From Actinomycetota bacterium (lineage in GTDB: Bacteria; Actinomycetota; Actinomycetes; S36-B12), in the NCBI GenBank assembly GCA_009700485.1, contig WLLZ01000002.1, forward strand, positions 1 to 46,700: a stretch of 46,700 nt of DNA, read 5' to 3'. Made by a program: the position numbers and the translations under genes. The notes beneath the pieces were generated by a model that had not been told where the DNA came from, did no database searches, and saw only the letters and a list, made by a program, of their open reading frames with translations. The first letter of the stretch is position 1. Each line of letters starts with the position of its first letter. This document shows, in pieces, positions 1-9,131 of this stretch.

Positions 1-2
1 AG

Positions 3-257
3 GCCGAACTAATCGCGGGTGAAATCCGCGGGGGAGCTGCCGTAGCTGAGGTGGCCGCACGAATCTCTGATCCCGTTGCAAAAGACGCACTGGTTTCAAT
101 GGGCCCGGGCCTACTTGACGCTCAGTCCTATTCCTACGCTGTTGTCGGCTTAGTGTCAGCGGGCCTCTTTCTCGCAGGTGCCGTCTTAATGTTCTTCTAC
201 CTACGCCGCAGTACGAGTCCCAGTGACGTGGGTGCCGGTCACGTGAGCCCCAGATAA
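3..257 (+). CDS. 3' end of a CDS that starts upstream of the window; C-terminal hydrophobic anchor
   Basis: Frame 3 is open from base 3 to the TAA at 255-257. The tail AVVGLVSAGLFLAGAVLMFFYLRR looks like one TM helix followed by basic residues. No family recognised. Confidence 0.4.
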   Translation, partial: AELIAGEIRGGAAVAEVAARISDPVAKDALVSMGPGLLDAQSYSYAVVGLVSAGLFLAGAVLMFFYLRRSTSPSDVGAGHVSPR

Positions 258-312
258 GGGAGCTGTCGAGGAATAGGTTGCCTTACTTAACCTAATACTG
301 GTTGGCAACTAG

Positions 313-699
313 TTGATTCACCGCTATGCTTACTTCATGACCTTGGTGGTGCGGGAGAATGTGGCATCCCGGATAGTGGCGATTGCTGAGCAATCCGTTC
401 TGATCGATGTTGATCCGGGTGCTGAGGGTGTGGCGCGGCCGGAGCGGTCGGTGGATAAGACGTCCCGGAGTTTCGACGAGGATCAGGCGATGCGGCTCGC
501 GCCGGACTTGCGGGACTGACTGCCGGCTGATCCTCTGGCGCGGTGGGTTAATGACTTGGTCGAGCACGGCCTTGACCTGACGGCGCTCTATGACGACTAC
601 ACCGATGTTCGGGGTGCGCCGCCGTATGACCCGCGATTGATGCTGAAGCTGCTCATCTTCGGATATTCGAACGGGATCACGTCGTCGCGGGAACTGGAA
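313..699 (+). pseudogene. IS1182/IS5-like transposase, N-terminal fragment with an internal stop
   Basis: ORFs 313-519 and 556-759 share frame 1. Read through, they give SFDEDQAMRLAPDLRD*LPADPLARWVNDLVEHGLDLTALYDDY..PPYDPRLMLKLLIFGYSNGITSSRELE, the typical N-terminal (DUF772-type) region of this transposase class. The TGA at 517-519 sits where W (TGG) is expected. Similarity stops at ~699 and there is no DDE domain. Confidence 0.7.
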
Positions 700-759
700 C
701 TATCCCCTCAAACCCGACAAATCAGACTAACGACGTGTAATTTACTCGCAGGCCCGTAG

Positions 760-1218
760 CCCGCCTTTACTCCGTTCCTTGGTGCTGAAAGGGAAGATCG
801 AGTTGAGCTCGAGATGGCGTCCGTGCTTCGCGCCATAGCACGCGTGCGATTCTTGCGAGAAACGCCGTTTGATGACTTCGGGTACGCAAGCGTGCGCCGG
901 GTGGAGCGGGCACTGGCGGCGGAGTACCGCACCATGGTGGCTCGCTTGGCTGCCGAGTTTGGGGTGGACAACTACGACCGAGTGGTGTCGGCCGCTGCGA
1001 CGGCTGAGATGGTGCGTGGATACGACAACGTCAAACGGCCAACGTCGCGCTCTTTCGTGAGGCTGTGCTCGCCCTCGAACCAACAGCGACCTAATGCCAC
1101 CCTCGCAAGACCACAAGTCCCAACTGCCCCTTGCGATGATGGTCGCTGTTGGTTCCCCCAATCGCCGGCACTAGAGACTGGCACCGCGACCAGCGACTCG
1201 GCCGCGACGGGCCACTAG
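760..1218 (+). pseudogene. C-terminal fragment of an indolepyruvate ferredoxin oxidoreductase-family gene
   Basis: The segment RVRFLRETPFDDFGYASVRRVERALAAEYRTMVARL...MVRGYDNVK resembles the conserved C-terminal region of IOR-family proteins, which are normally over 1000 aa. Only ~150 codons are present and no N-terminal domains. It abuts the IS fragment. Confidence 0.5.
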
Positions 1219-1323
1219 CATGGACGCAACGCATTGAACCTCCCTCGCACGTCGCTCGCTGTCGTCAAGGAGAAGCCGGTCCGGGAGAGGGCGACGCATG
1301 CGCGAGTGGAGCGGAGGATCCGC

Positions 1324-2340
1324 GTGGAGCTGGTGAATCGCCAGTGGCTGCTAAGGAGTCGACCCTCCGGGACGGCGGTGGCGGCCGACTTCGAGTACCG
1401 CGAGCAGAAACTCGGTTGCGTCGACTTGCTCCCCGGCCACCTCTTGGTCAAGAATGAGTTTTTCGTCATGGCCCCGACGATGCGCAACTGGATGAGCTCT
1501 GCGGGCAATAACCTCTATCCGTCCATCCCATTGGGCGATCCTGTGCGCGCTTTAGCGGCGGGCGTTGTAATCGAATCCGCAGATCCCACGTTCGCCTCGG
1601 GGCAACGGGTCTTCGCGACTTCGAGCTGGCAGGACTACGTGGTCATCGACGCCAAAGTTCCCGGGCTCCGCACCATGCCGCCCACGATCAGTTACCAGGC
1701 TGCCCTCGGTCCGCTCGGCATGAACGCCATAACTGCCTATGTGGGGATGACCATGGTCGGCAGCCCCGTACCGGGGGAGACGGTCGTGGTATCAGCGGCA
1801 GCCGGCTCAACCGGTTCTATCGCAGCCCAGACTGCGAGAATCCTCGGCTGTCGTGTAATCGGCATCGCGGGTGGTGCGGAAAAGTGCCGTTGGCTCGTCG
1901 ACGAGTGCCACCTCGACGAAGCGATCGACTACAAGAGCGGACTCGAGGAGCACCTGAGAGCCGCATGTCCCGAGGGCATTGACGTCTACTTCGACAACGT
2001 GGGCGGCCCTACGCTGCAGCTGGCGGTCGACATGATGCGCACTGGCGGACGGATCGTGCTCTGCGGCCAGATCTCGGAGTACGACTCCGGGGCGGAGATC
2101 CCCGGACCGACCAACATGATGCGCTTCATCTATGGCGGGATCCGCATGCAGGGCTTCACCCTCCGGAATTTCCCCGACGTAGTCTCCCTCGCTGAGCGCC
2201 AGTTGAGGGAGTGGTTGGACGCCGGTCTCATCGCCCACCGAGAGGACGTCCGTCACGGCTTCGGACTTATCCCTGGTGCGTTCGGCAGCCTCTTCGACGG
2301 CAGCCATCGGGGAACGCTGATGGTGAAGGCAGACACCTGA
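1324..2340 (+). CDS. NADP-dependent oxidoreductase, MDR superfamily (YncB/CurA/PTGR-like enone reductase)
   Basis: VNRQWLLRSRPSG N-terminus and the AAGSTGSIAAQTARILGCRVIGIAGGAEKCRWL nucleotide-binding motif. I prefer the GTG at 1324, preceded by GGAGCGGAGGA. The longest ORF starts at 1234. Confidence 0.85.
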   Translation: MELVNRQWLLRSRPSGTAVAADFEYREQKLGCVDLLPGHLLVKNEFFVMAPTMRNWMSSAGNNLYPSIPLGDPVRALAAGVVIESADPTFASGQRVFATSSWQDYVVIDAKVPGLRTMPPTISYQAALGPLGMNAITAYVGMTMVGSPVPGETVVVSAAAGSTGSIAAQTARILGCRVIGIAGGAEKCRWLVDECHLDEAIDYKSGLEEHLRAACPEGIDVYFDNVGGPTLQLAVDMMRTGGRIVLCGQISEYDSGAEIPGPTNMMRFIYGGIRMQGFTLRNFPDVVSLAERQLREWLDAGLIAHREDVRHGFGLIPGAFGSLFDGSHRGTLMVKADT

Positions 2341-2375
2341 GCGCGGCACCACCACGGATGAAAGGAAGTAAATAC

Positions 2376-3158
2376 ATGGACTTAGAGCAGTTCGCATCGT
2401 CGTACACGACTCCTCTGGGCACCGGTGCCCTGTACCCGCCGCCTCCTTATCACTATCGCGGAATGGAGGACGTGTTCGTCTACTATGAAGCCGATCCGGA
2501 GCGCGTGCGATCGGTCCTGCCACCACGTGTCGATGCCGCCGATGACATCCCGATCTGCATAGCCTGGACGCGATGGGTGCCCTTCTCCACCTTCGGCCCG
2601 TACCACGAGGCCTTCATCATGATCCGCGTGGTCCACGACGAGACGGAGTACCTGTACCAACCCTTCATCTTCACAGACAATGAAGTCCCACTCGCGGCGG
2701 GACGGGAGATATGGGGTTTCCCGAAGAAGCTCGCGGTCATGAGCCGTAGTTGGGCCGGAGGCGCTACATTCGGCGAGCAACTCGCGTACACGGTCGAGCG
2801 GCCTCGCGGTGTGCCCATCATGACGGTCACCATGTCGTGCGACCAGCTCGCCGATCCCAACTCGCTGCGCAAGTTCCCGGTCCTCACCACCCGAGTGATA
2901 CCAAGCGCCGACGATGTGGCGCGCCCATCAATCGCAGAACTTGTGTCCGTGCAGAGTACCGCGACGATCCATTCGTCGGCCGACGGAACACCTCAGTTGT
3001 GGACCGGGCGCGCATCTGTCACCATGCCGACAGTCTCCGCGTCCGACCCATGGCACCAATTAACGCCCCGGCGAATCCTAGCGGGGTACTTCGGGATCTA
3101 CGACCTGATGCTGCCACTAGGTCGCGTGGTCCATGACTACCTGCGCGACCGCGACTAG
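2376..3158 (+). CDS. acetoacetate decarboxylase (ADC) family protein
   Basis: YPPPPYHYRGMEDVFVYYEADPERVRSVLP and AAGREIWGFPKKLA are typical ADC-family motifs. The ATG at 2376 lies 8 nt after AAAGGAAG. Confidence 0.85.
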   Translation: MDLEQFASSYTTPLGTGALYPPPPYHYRGMEDVFVYYEADPERVRSVLPPRVDAADDIPICIAWTRWVPFSTFGPYHEAFIMIRVVHDETEYLYQPFIFTDNEVPLAAGREIWGFPKKLAVMSRSWAGGATFGEQLAYTVERPRGVPIMTVTMSCDQLADPNSLRKFPVLTTRVIPSADDVARPSIAELVSVQSTATIHSSADGTPQLWTGRASVTMPTVSASDPWHQLTPRRILAGYFGIYDLMLPLGRVVHDYLRDRD

Positions 3159-3179
3159 ACCCCATGGTCGCGCGTCCGA

Positions 3180-3281
3180 GCCGATGCCGTGGGTGTTGAG
3201 GTTGTTGATGACCAATACGACAGCCTCGCCGTCCGGGTAGTCTTGGCCCGAGGCACACCAGTCGAGGTAATCCGCACCAAC
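3180..3281 (-). pseudogene. short remnant of an IS630-like (DDE_3) transposase
   Basis: Minus-strand translation gives ADYLDWCASGQDYPDGEAVVLVINNLNTHGIGS. This resembles the xxVHLVLDNLxTH block around the second catalytic D of IS630-type transposases. Only ~33 codons remain, with a stop immediately upstream. Confidence 0.35.
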
Positions 3282-3435
3282 TCATAACGATCAGCATCGG
3301 TCAACGTAACCGGCCGCTACTTCTGCGAGGGAATAACGATGTCCTGTCTGGCCGAAAAGGGAGGACCTGCCACCTGACCCCAACCTGCCAACCAAACACA
3401 CCGATACTCAGCAGCGACACGCTACTAGGTTTCGG

Positions 3436-4821
3436 TTACCGCGTTGAGCGGCGCACGGACGCGCGCGCCCTTCCATTCTGTTGGGACCTTCCCTTGGGCC
3501 CGACTGCAACCGCCACGGCCTCGGTCGGCTCGAAGGGGACGAGCTTGACCGCGAGAAGCAATTGCACCAGCTGAGTGAAACGGCGGACGTCCACGCCCGT
3601 CAACTCGCTGAGCCGTGCGAGCCGGTAGTAGACGGTGTTGGGATGCACATACATGGCGGCGGCGGTTTCAGTCACACTCAGGCAGGCCGCCTCGTACTGC
3701 ATGAGAGTCTCAATCAGGACGCCGCCCTGACGGCGATCGTCGGCAATCGCCTTCGCGAGGTGGACCGGGACAAGTCGGTGAGCCGTCTGGTCCCCGAACG
3801 CGGGCAGGTAATCCATCAGAGGGACGTCAGCCAGGGCCAGGCTCACGGCATTTTCTTTCATGAGCTCGATGGCTCGGGTTGCCTCCAAGTAGCCAAGCCT
3901 CGCCTCGGTGAGCGACGCGAACTCCAGTCCGATCCCCGCCATCAGAGTTTGGGCTGTGGTCCGGTTCAGTAATTTCAGCACACGCTCCACGGGCTCAGCG
4001 AGTTCGCGAGCGGATTTCCGCGAGAGCGGGACGATTGCAACGATTTCGTCGAACCGGTCCACGACGAACGGCTTGAGCGACTCGAGCTCGAAGAACTCAC
4101 GCGCCAGGCCGTCCGAGACGTGCCCAGCGCTACCGCCGTTCTGAGGCGTATTCGCCGATGCCCGGACCACCACAACCGCGAACCTCAACATGCCGGAAGT
4201 CAGCCCAACCGACAGCGCCCGGACTTCAGCTTCCTCAGCTGTCATGCTTCCTGACAGGAGGAGGTCGAGCACATCACGACGCTCGCGTCCGCTCGCCCTA
4301 ACTAGACGCTCCTGCTCGGTTAGGAACGCCTGAGCGGCCTCACCCGTCGCAACGTCTATGTACTCGAGCCAGTAAGTAGAAAGGTCGAGCACCTTCGAGT
4401 TGCTGATGCCACGTTCGCCCGCGAGTAATCTCAGGTGCCGCCACGCCGCCAACTGGGCGACACGGTAGGTGGCCAAGTAGGAGTGGAGCGGGATACCCTC
4501 CTGCGCCCGACGCGCAGCAAGTGCCCCAACGAATGCGAAATCGGTGGAGTCGGGGCGCTGGCCCGTACGGACGTGGAGCTCAAATACCCTCAAGTGCTCG
4601 ATACAGCTGCTCAACATCTCGGCGTGGTCGGTCGGATCGTCGAGGGCTCGATACTCTTGGATGTTCTCGCTTATCGCCTGGGTCATCGCCTCGGCCAGCA
4701 CCTCGAGGGACCCTTCGATCAAGCTCACTGCCCAGCCCATTTGTGGAACGTGTTTGTCTCCACCAATGCCGTTCTCGGTCCGCATGGTACTTATGGCATC
4801 GCACCCACTTTTGTTCGTCAT
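3436..4821 (-). CDS. PucR/CdaR-family transcriptional regulator
   Basis: C-terminal HTH LSVTETAAAMYVHPNTVYYRLARLSELTGVD, typical of the PucR C-terminal domain. GGAGG lies 9 nt upstream of the ATG at 4821. Confidence 0.85.
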   Translation of the reverse strand: MTNKSGCDAISTMRTENGIGGDKHVPQMGWAVSLIEGSLEVLAEAMTQAISENIQEYRALDDPTDHAEMLSSCIEHLRVFELHVRTGQRPDSTDFAFVGALAARRAQEGIPLHSYLATYRVAQLAAWRHLRLLAGERGISNSKVLDLSTYWLEYIDVATGEAAQAFLTEQERLVRASGRERRDVLDLLLSGSMTAEEAEVRALSVGLTSGMLRFAVVVVRASANTPQNGGSAGHVSDGLAREFFELESLKPFVVDRFDEIVAIVPLSRKSARELAEPVERVLKLLNRTTAQTLMAGIGLEFASLTEARLGYLEATRAIELMKENAVSLALADVPLMDYLPAFGDQTAHRLVPVHLAKAIADDRRQGGVLIETLMQYEAACLSVTETAAAMYVHPNTVYYRLARLSELTGVDVRRFTQLVQLLLAVKLVPFEPTEAVAVAVGPKGRSQQNGRARASVRRSTR

Positions 4822-4867
4822 CCCAACAACCTCCTACCAGTCTCTGTTAGGCGCGCCAGTGTATCCC

Positions 4868-4889
4868 CCACGACCGCAACGTATCGTGG
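4868..4889. promoter_or_regulatory. inverted repeat CCACGA-N10-TCGTGG in a divergent intergenic region (candidate operator)
   Basis: Read directly in the 142-bp region between the PucR-like gene and the ligase gene. Confidence 0.2.
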
Positions 4890-4963
4890 TTTTCGACCGG
4901 TACATCCAGTACAGGAGTGTGGCCCCCAAGACTGTGAGCCACTCCAGATGGGAGAGGATCTTC

Positions 4964-6418
4964 ATGCATAGTGGTAAAGATGCGGTCCGCTCCTTTGTCG
5001 AGTCTGTGGATGTGTACCGGGACGACACGGCGGATCCGACGTTCCTGTCTGCTGACGAGGTCGACACGTTGCAGGGTCGACTGCTCCGGGACCAGATCGT
5101 CCGACTAAGGGAAAGCTCCCCGTACTACTCCGCTACCCTGCTTGATATCGATCTGCCCGACCAAATGTCAAGACATTGGCTTGAGCAGTTGCCATTCACA
5201 CGGAAGGACGACTACCAGGCCGCACCCGAACGGTTCCGCCTGCACCTCGAGAGCTCGAACCCCTACGACCGCACCTGGGGTCTCGTTCACACCACCGGTA
5301 CCACCACGGGTGAGCCCACGCCTTTCTACGATACCGGACATGACATGTTGGCCTACTGGCAGATGCTTCTGCGCACCTGCAAGATAGCGGGAATGACGCC
5401 GGACGACGTCAGCGTTAGCGTCATGCCGGTGCCTGCGATGTCGCACAACGCGTTCATCTCGTCACGCGACGCCTGCTCGGTCCTGAACTCCCCGTACATC
5501 GCGGCCTTTGTTGGGACACCGCAACCGGAGTTCCCGATTCATCGCCGGACCGACTACGCCCTCCGTTTGATCGAACGGAACCAGGCAACAGTGATCTGGG
5601 GAATCGCCAGCTACGTCCGCCATCTCGTGATGCGAGGGCAGGAACTCGGGACGGACATGTCCTCGATCCGCCTAGTCTGGGCATTGGGCGAGGCGTGCCC
5701 CGTACCCATGCGGGAAGACTTGCGCGAGCGACTCGCCTCACTTGGAGCCGCGCACGATGCCATCCGGATCAACAACGGTCTCGGATTCACCGAAATGCGA
5801 GGCACCTTCGTGGAGTGTCTGGAGCTGAATGGCTGTCACAATCCCTCGCCCGACCTGTTCATCTGGGAGGTGGTAGACGAGGACTCTGGCAGACAGGTTC
5901 CGGATGGATCGACCGGAAGTCTCGCACTGACCCACCTGAATCGCCGCGGCACGGCACTCGTGCGGTACCTGACCGGAGACACCGTTGCCATGACCCGGGA
6001 GTCGTGTGTCAACTGCGGACGCTCAGGGGAGAGGATTTTGCCACAGCACGAGTCGATCTATGCGGCTCGCGTATCCGACTGGGTCAAGTTCAAAGGAGTA
6101 CTCCTGCACCCTGCACCCATCCTCGCCGCCCTCGCCGCCCTGACCGCCCTGACGCAGTATCAGGTGATTCTGTCGAAGTCCGACACAAGTGATCCCTACT
6201 CGATGGACCGGCTCGTGGTGCGCGTCGCCGAGTCGACAGGCGACGACGATCTGAGGGGGCGCCTTCAGGCCGACGTGCGGCAAGCGGTGCATGCTGCTTG
6301 CGAAATCAGGCCCGACGTGGAGTGGGTCCCGGCCTCGGCCATCTACGACCCTGACGTTTCGATCAAGGCTCGACGGTTTCTTGACGAGCGCCCTCACCAG
6401 GAACACGGCGTAACTTGA
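4964..6418 (+). CDS. phenylacetate-CoA ligase-like (PaaK / coenzyme F390 synthetase family) adenylate-forming enzyme
   Basis: LPFTRKDDY and the HTTGTTTGEPTPFY P-loop-like motif, with PaaK-like overall length. The ATG at 4964 follows GGGAGAGGA. The upstream 140 codons of the 624-aa ORF overlap the regulator gene on the other strand and are discounted. Confidence 0.8.
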   Translation: MHSGKDAVRSFVESVDVYRDDTADPTFLSADEVDTLQGRLLRDQIVRLRESSPYYSATLLDIDLPDQMSRHWLEQLPFTRKDDYQAAPERFRLHLESSNPYDRTWGLVHTTGTTTGEPTPFYDTGHDMLAYWQMLLRTCKIAGMTPDDVSVSVMPVPAMSHNAFISSRDACSVLNSPYIAAFVGTPQPEFPIHRRTDYALRLIERNQATVIWGIASYVRHLVMRGQELGTDMSSIRLVWALGEACPVPMREDLRERLASLGAAHDAIRINNGLGFTEMRGTFVECLELNGCHNPSPDLFIWEVVDEDSGRQVPDGSTGSLALTHLNRRGTALVRYLTGDTVAMTRESCVNCGRSGERILPQHESIYAARVSDWVKFKGVLLHPAPILAALAALTALTQYQVILSKSDTSDPYSMDRLVVRVAESTGDDDLRGRLQADVRQAVHAACEIRPDVEWVPASAIYDPDVSIKARRFLDERPHQEHGVT

Positions 6419-6426
6419 CCGGCGCC

Positions 6427-7482
6427 ATGATGCTGGCAGCGGTCCTTGCTGGCCCGGGAGATATTCAGGTCCGGCGAGTGCCGGTCCCTTCAATTGGCCA
6501 GAAGGACGCTCTCATCCGTGTCGCGTGCACCGGCATCTGCGGATCCGACCTGAGCGGCTTCAAGTACAACGCCTACAACCGGCCTGGCGATGTCATGGGG
6601 CACGAGTTCGTCGGCCACGTCGAGCGGGTGGGGGCTAGCGTGGAAGGCATCGCGCTCGGAGATCGGGTCACCGGCTACTCAGCCCAGTTCTGCGGCAAGT
6701 GCTCGTGGTGCGTTCGCAAGCAGTGGCACCTGTGTCCCGACCTCTTCAGCCACTACACCGGGTACGGCGAGAGTGGCGCGTTCGCCGAGTTCACTGCCAT
6801 CCGCGGAGCTAGGCTGAACAGGAACGTGTTCCTTGTGCCAGCGTCCTTGGGGGACGAGGCGGCAACCCTAGTCGAACCGGTCGGCGTTTACGCCCGCGCC
6901 GATGCAGCGTTCTCCGTCGGGGAGGCCGAGAGTGTCCTCATCGTCGGTGGGGGTGTCATCGGTCAGATCGCCGCCCAGGCCCTAACGCGTCGCGAACGGC
7001 ACACCACCGTAGTCCTCACCGAGCCGTCAGCCGAACGTCGCGAGGTTGCCAGCCGGATCCCCGGAATTGCCGCCGTACTCGATCCGAGACAGGATACGTT
7101 CCCGCAGCAGGCGGACGCGGTGATCGGCAGGAGCCGACGGCACTTCGGGAGCACCGGGATGGCCGACATGGTACTCGAGACATCGGGCAGTGGGGCCGGA
7201 CTCCGTCAGGCGATCGATCTCGTCCGGCCCGGCGGGACCGTTGTGTGCATCGGGGTGGGTGGTGAGACAGCGGACATCTCAACGTCGGAGCTCGTCCACA
7301 AAGAACTTCGCATCGTGGGCTGCATGGGCACCAACTTCCCTGCCGGGCTGCAGGCCCTCGTAGAACACACGGTGGATGCATCCGCGCTGATCACGCACAG
7401 GTTCGCGTTGTCCGATATCGAGGGCGCGTTCGCGACCCTCCTTCGAGGAGAAGGTGTCAAAGCCGTGATCTCGGTGACGTAG
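6427..7482 (+). CDS. zinc-dependent alcohol dehydrogenase (MDR; sorbitol/threonine dehydrogenase-like)
   Basis: ICGSDL, GHEFVGHV, the structural-zinc cluster CGKCSWCVRKQWHLC and the Rossmann motif VGGGVIGQ. An alternative TTG start at 6415 overlaps the ligase stop (TTGA). Confidence 0.9.
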   Translation: MMLAAVLAGPGDIQVRRVPVPSIGQKDALIRVACTGICGSDLSGFKYNAYNRPGDVMGHEFVGHVERVGASVEGIALGDRVTGYSAQFCGKCSWCVRKQWHLCPDLFSHYTGYGESGAFAEFTAIRGARLNRNVFLVPASLGDEAATLVEPVGVYARADAAFSVGEAESVLIVGGGVIGQIAAQALTRRERHTTVVLTEPSAERREVASRIPGIAAVLDPRQDTFPQQADAVIGRSRRHFGSTGMADMVLETSGSGAGLRQAIDLVRPGGTVVCIGVGGETADISTSELVHKELRIVGCMGTNFPAGLQALVEHTVDASALITHRFALSDIEGAFATLLRGEGVKAVISVT

Positions 7483-7542
7483 GGCTCTTGCCTCAGCAAG
7501 GGAACGGCGCCGCACCGCACTATTTCGCGAGTAGGAGGTCAA

Positions 7543-8421
7543 GTGCTTGATCCATGGGAGATCCGTGCCGCTAGGAACGCGGCCTCGGATTTGGCAGGCG
7601 GACGCGTCGTCGTCGTGACCGGCGGAGCTAGGCGTGGCGGGATCGGCAGGGCGGTTGCAGACGCCTTCCTCAGGCTGGGCGACGCCGTTGTCCTCTCGGA
7701 CATCGGCACCGCACTCCCTTCCCACCCGGACTATCCGGTGGCATCGTCAGATTCGCTTGCCGATGGTGCGACGGACCTACGCGCCCTTGGCGAGCTCATC
7801 ACCGCAGCGTGCGATGTCACTGACGAGGCCCAGGTGGTGCGCCTGTTCGACATAGCTGAGGCGGCCTACGGCGGGGTTGACGTGCTCGTTAACTGTGCCG
7901 GTCTGGCGATCGGCCTGACTCCTGTCACACAACTAGCGCTAGCCGACTGGCAGGTCAACCTGGACGTCATGGCCACGGGCGCATTCCTCTGCGCGAGAGA
8001 GGCCGCCCGTCGCATGGAGGCAGATGGCCGAGGAGGACGCATCATCACGATCGCGTCACAGGCCGGCAAGACGGGAATGCCCCATCTCGCCGCATACTGT
8101 GCGGCGAAGTTCGCGGTTATCGGACTCACCCAGAGCATGGCCGCGGAGCTGGGCGAAAAGGGCATCACGGTCAACGCCATCTGCCCGGGCACCGTGGACA
8201 CCCCTTTACTGGAGGTCGAGGGTGGTGTCTACGAGGTGTTCGCTAGGGCGGCCGGTCGCACAAAAGATGACTACCGCAGAAGGCTCGAGAGGCGCATCCC
8301 CATGCGACGGCTCGGGAGGCCAGATGACATAGCCGCCGCCGCCGTCTATCTTGCCTCTGCGGCAGCCAGTTTTGTCACCGGGGAGGCGCTGAACGTAACC
8401 GGCGGCGAGGAGATGCACTGA
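7543..8421 (+). CDS. SDR-family oxidoreductase
   Basis: VTGGARRGGIGRAV, the YCAAK catalytic motif and NAICPG. A GTG start follows AGGAGG. Confidence 0.9.
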   Translation: MLDPWEIRAARNAASDLAGGRVVVVTGGARRGGIGRAVADAFLRLGDAVVLSDIGTALPSHPDYPVASSDSLADGATDLRALGELITAACDVTDEAQVVRLFDIAEAAYGGVDVLVNCAGLAIGLTPVTQLALADWQVNLDVMATGAFLCAREAARRMEADGRGGRIITIASQAGKTGMPHLAAYCAAKFAVIGLTQSMAAELGEKGITVNAICPGTVDTPLLEVEGGVYEVFARAAGRTKDDYRRRLERRIPMRRLGRPDDIAAAAVYLASAAASFVTGEALNVTGGEEMH

Positions 8422-9121
8422 CGCAGCGTCGTAGCTTACCAAGTAGGCGACCGCCACCACGACGTCCTCAAGGTCGCCAATCGGTCCCAGCGGGTAACGA
8501 CCCGACACGCTGGCCTCCTTGCCTTCGTACAGGGGCACCGCGAACCTCGCTCGCCCAATCGCCGGTGCGAGGGCGTTCGCCCGAATTCCCGGCGCGAGTT
8601 CCTGGGCGAGCTGCATCTTCAGATGGCGTACTGCCACCTTGATTGCACCACGGGCCCCGTGCCTTTGGCTGGCTGGAGACCCGCCACCGATGCCACGCTG
8701 ACGACGGATCCACCGTGCTGTGCCATCCACGCCTCATGCACGTGCTTGATTTAGCGACACGAACGCCACGACATTGGCGTCGAAGGTCTTGCGGATCGCA
8801 CCCAGGTCGCTTTCGAGAACGTTGCCCATTGCCGGATTCACCGCAGCATTGTTAACGAGCATGTCCACGGATCCGAACGCCGAGAGTGTTCGCATCCTTC
8901 TACGCCTGGTGCTCCGGGTCATCAGCATTCCCTGGCACAGCCAAGGCCCGATCTGGCCCGCTGAGCGCCTCGGCGGCCTGCTCCAAAGCGTCCCGTGAAC
9001 GGCCCGCGGCCGTGACTCGGCCTCCTTCAGCCACGATCTGGCGGGCGATGGTGATGCCAATCCAACGACTTGCACCCGTCACGCGGGCTACGCGGCCCGC
9101 GCAGCGTTGACGACTTGACAC
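8422..9121 (-). pseudogene. frameshifted, 3'-truncated SDR-family gene
   Basis: SDR motifs are split over three minus-strand frames. VTGASRWIGITIA is in ORF 8900-9121, MLVNNAAVNP in ORF 8734-9075, and VRHLKMQLAQELAPGIRANALAPA...YPLGPIGDLEDVVVAVAYLVSYDAAS in ORF 8206-8730. Similarity ends at the complement of the convergent gene's TGA stop. Confidence 0.75.
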
Positions 9122-9131
9122 TACTCTAAAC

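Noticed and set aside
1066-1086. TCGCC-CTCGAACC resembling the tRNA-Lys 3' end (TCGCCGGGGGCTCGAACC) as a possible distal att repeat
   Set aside because: Only two short blocks (5 and 8 nt) match, with a 5-nt gap, and the site lies inside a gene fragment. This is well within chance expectation for 46 kb of GC-rich DNA.
4544-4963. The N-terminal 140 codons of the 624-aa ORF 4544-6418
   Set aside because: This part overlaps the 5' end of the PucR-like gene on the other strand and has no similarity to ligases. A good RBS plus ATG at 4964 starts the recognisable PaaK-like sequence. High-GC DNA produces such spurious extensions.
8206-8730. 174-aa minus-strand ORF as an independent gene
   Set aside because: Its recognisable part is the C-terminal half of an SDR, with the N-terminal half lying in other frames upstream. 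Its distal part is antisense to the 7543-8421 gene. It is treated as one segment of the SDR pseudogene.
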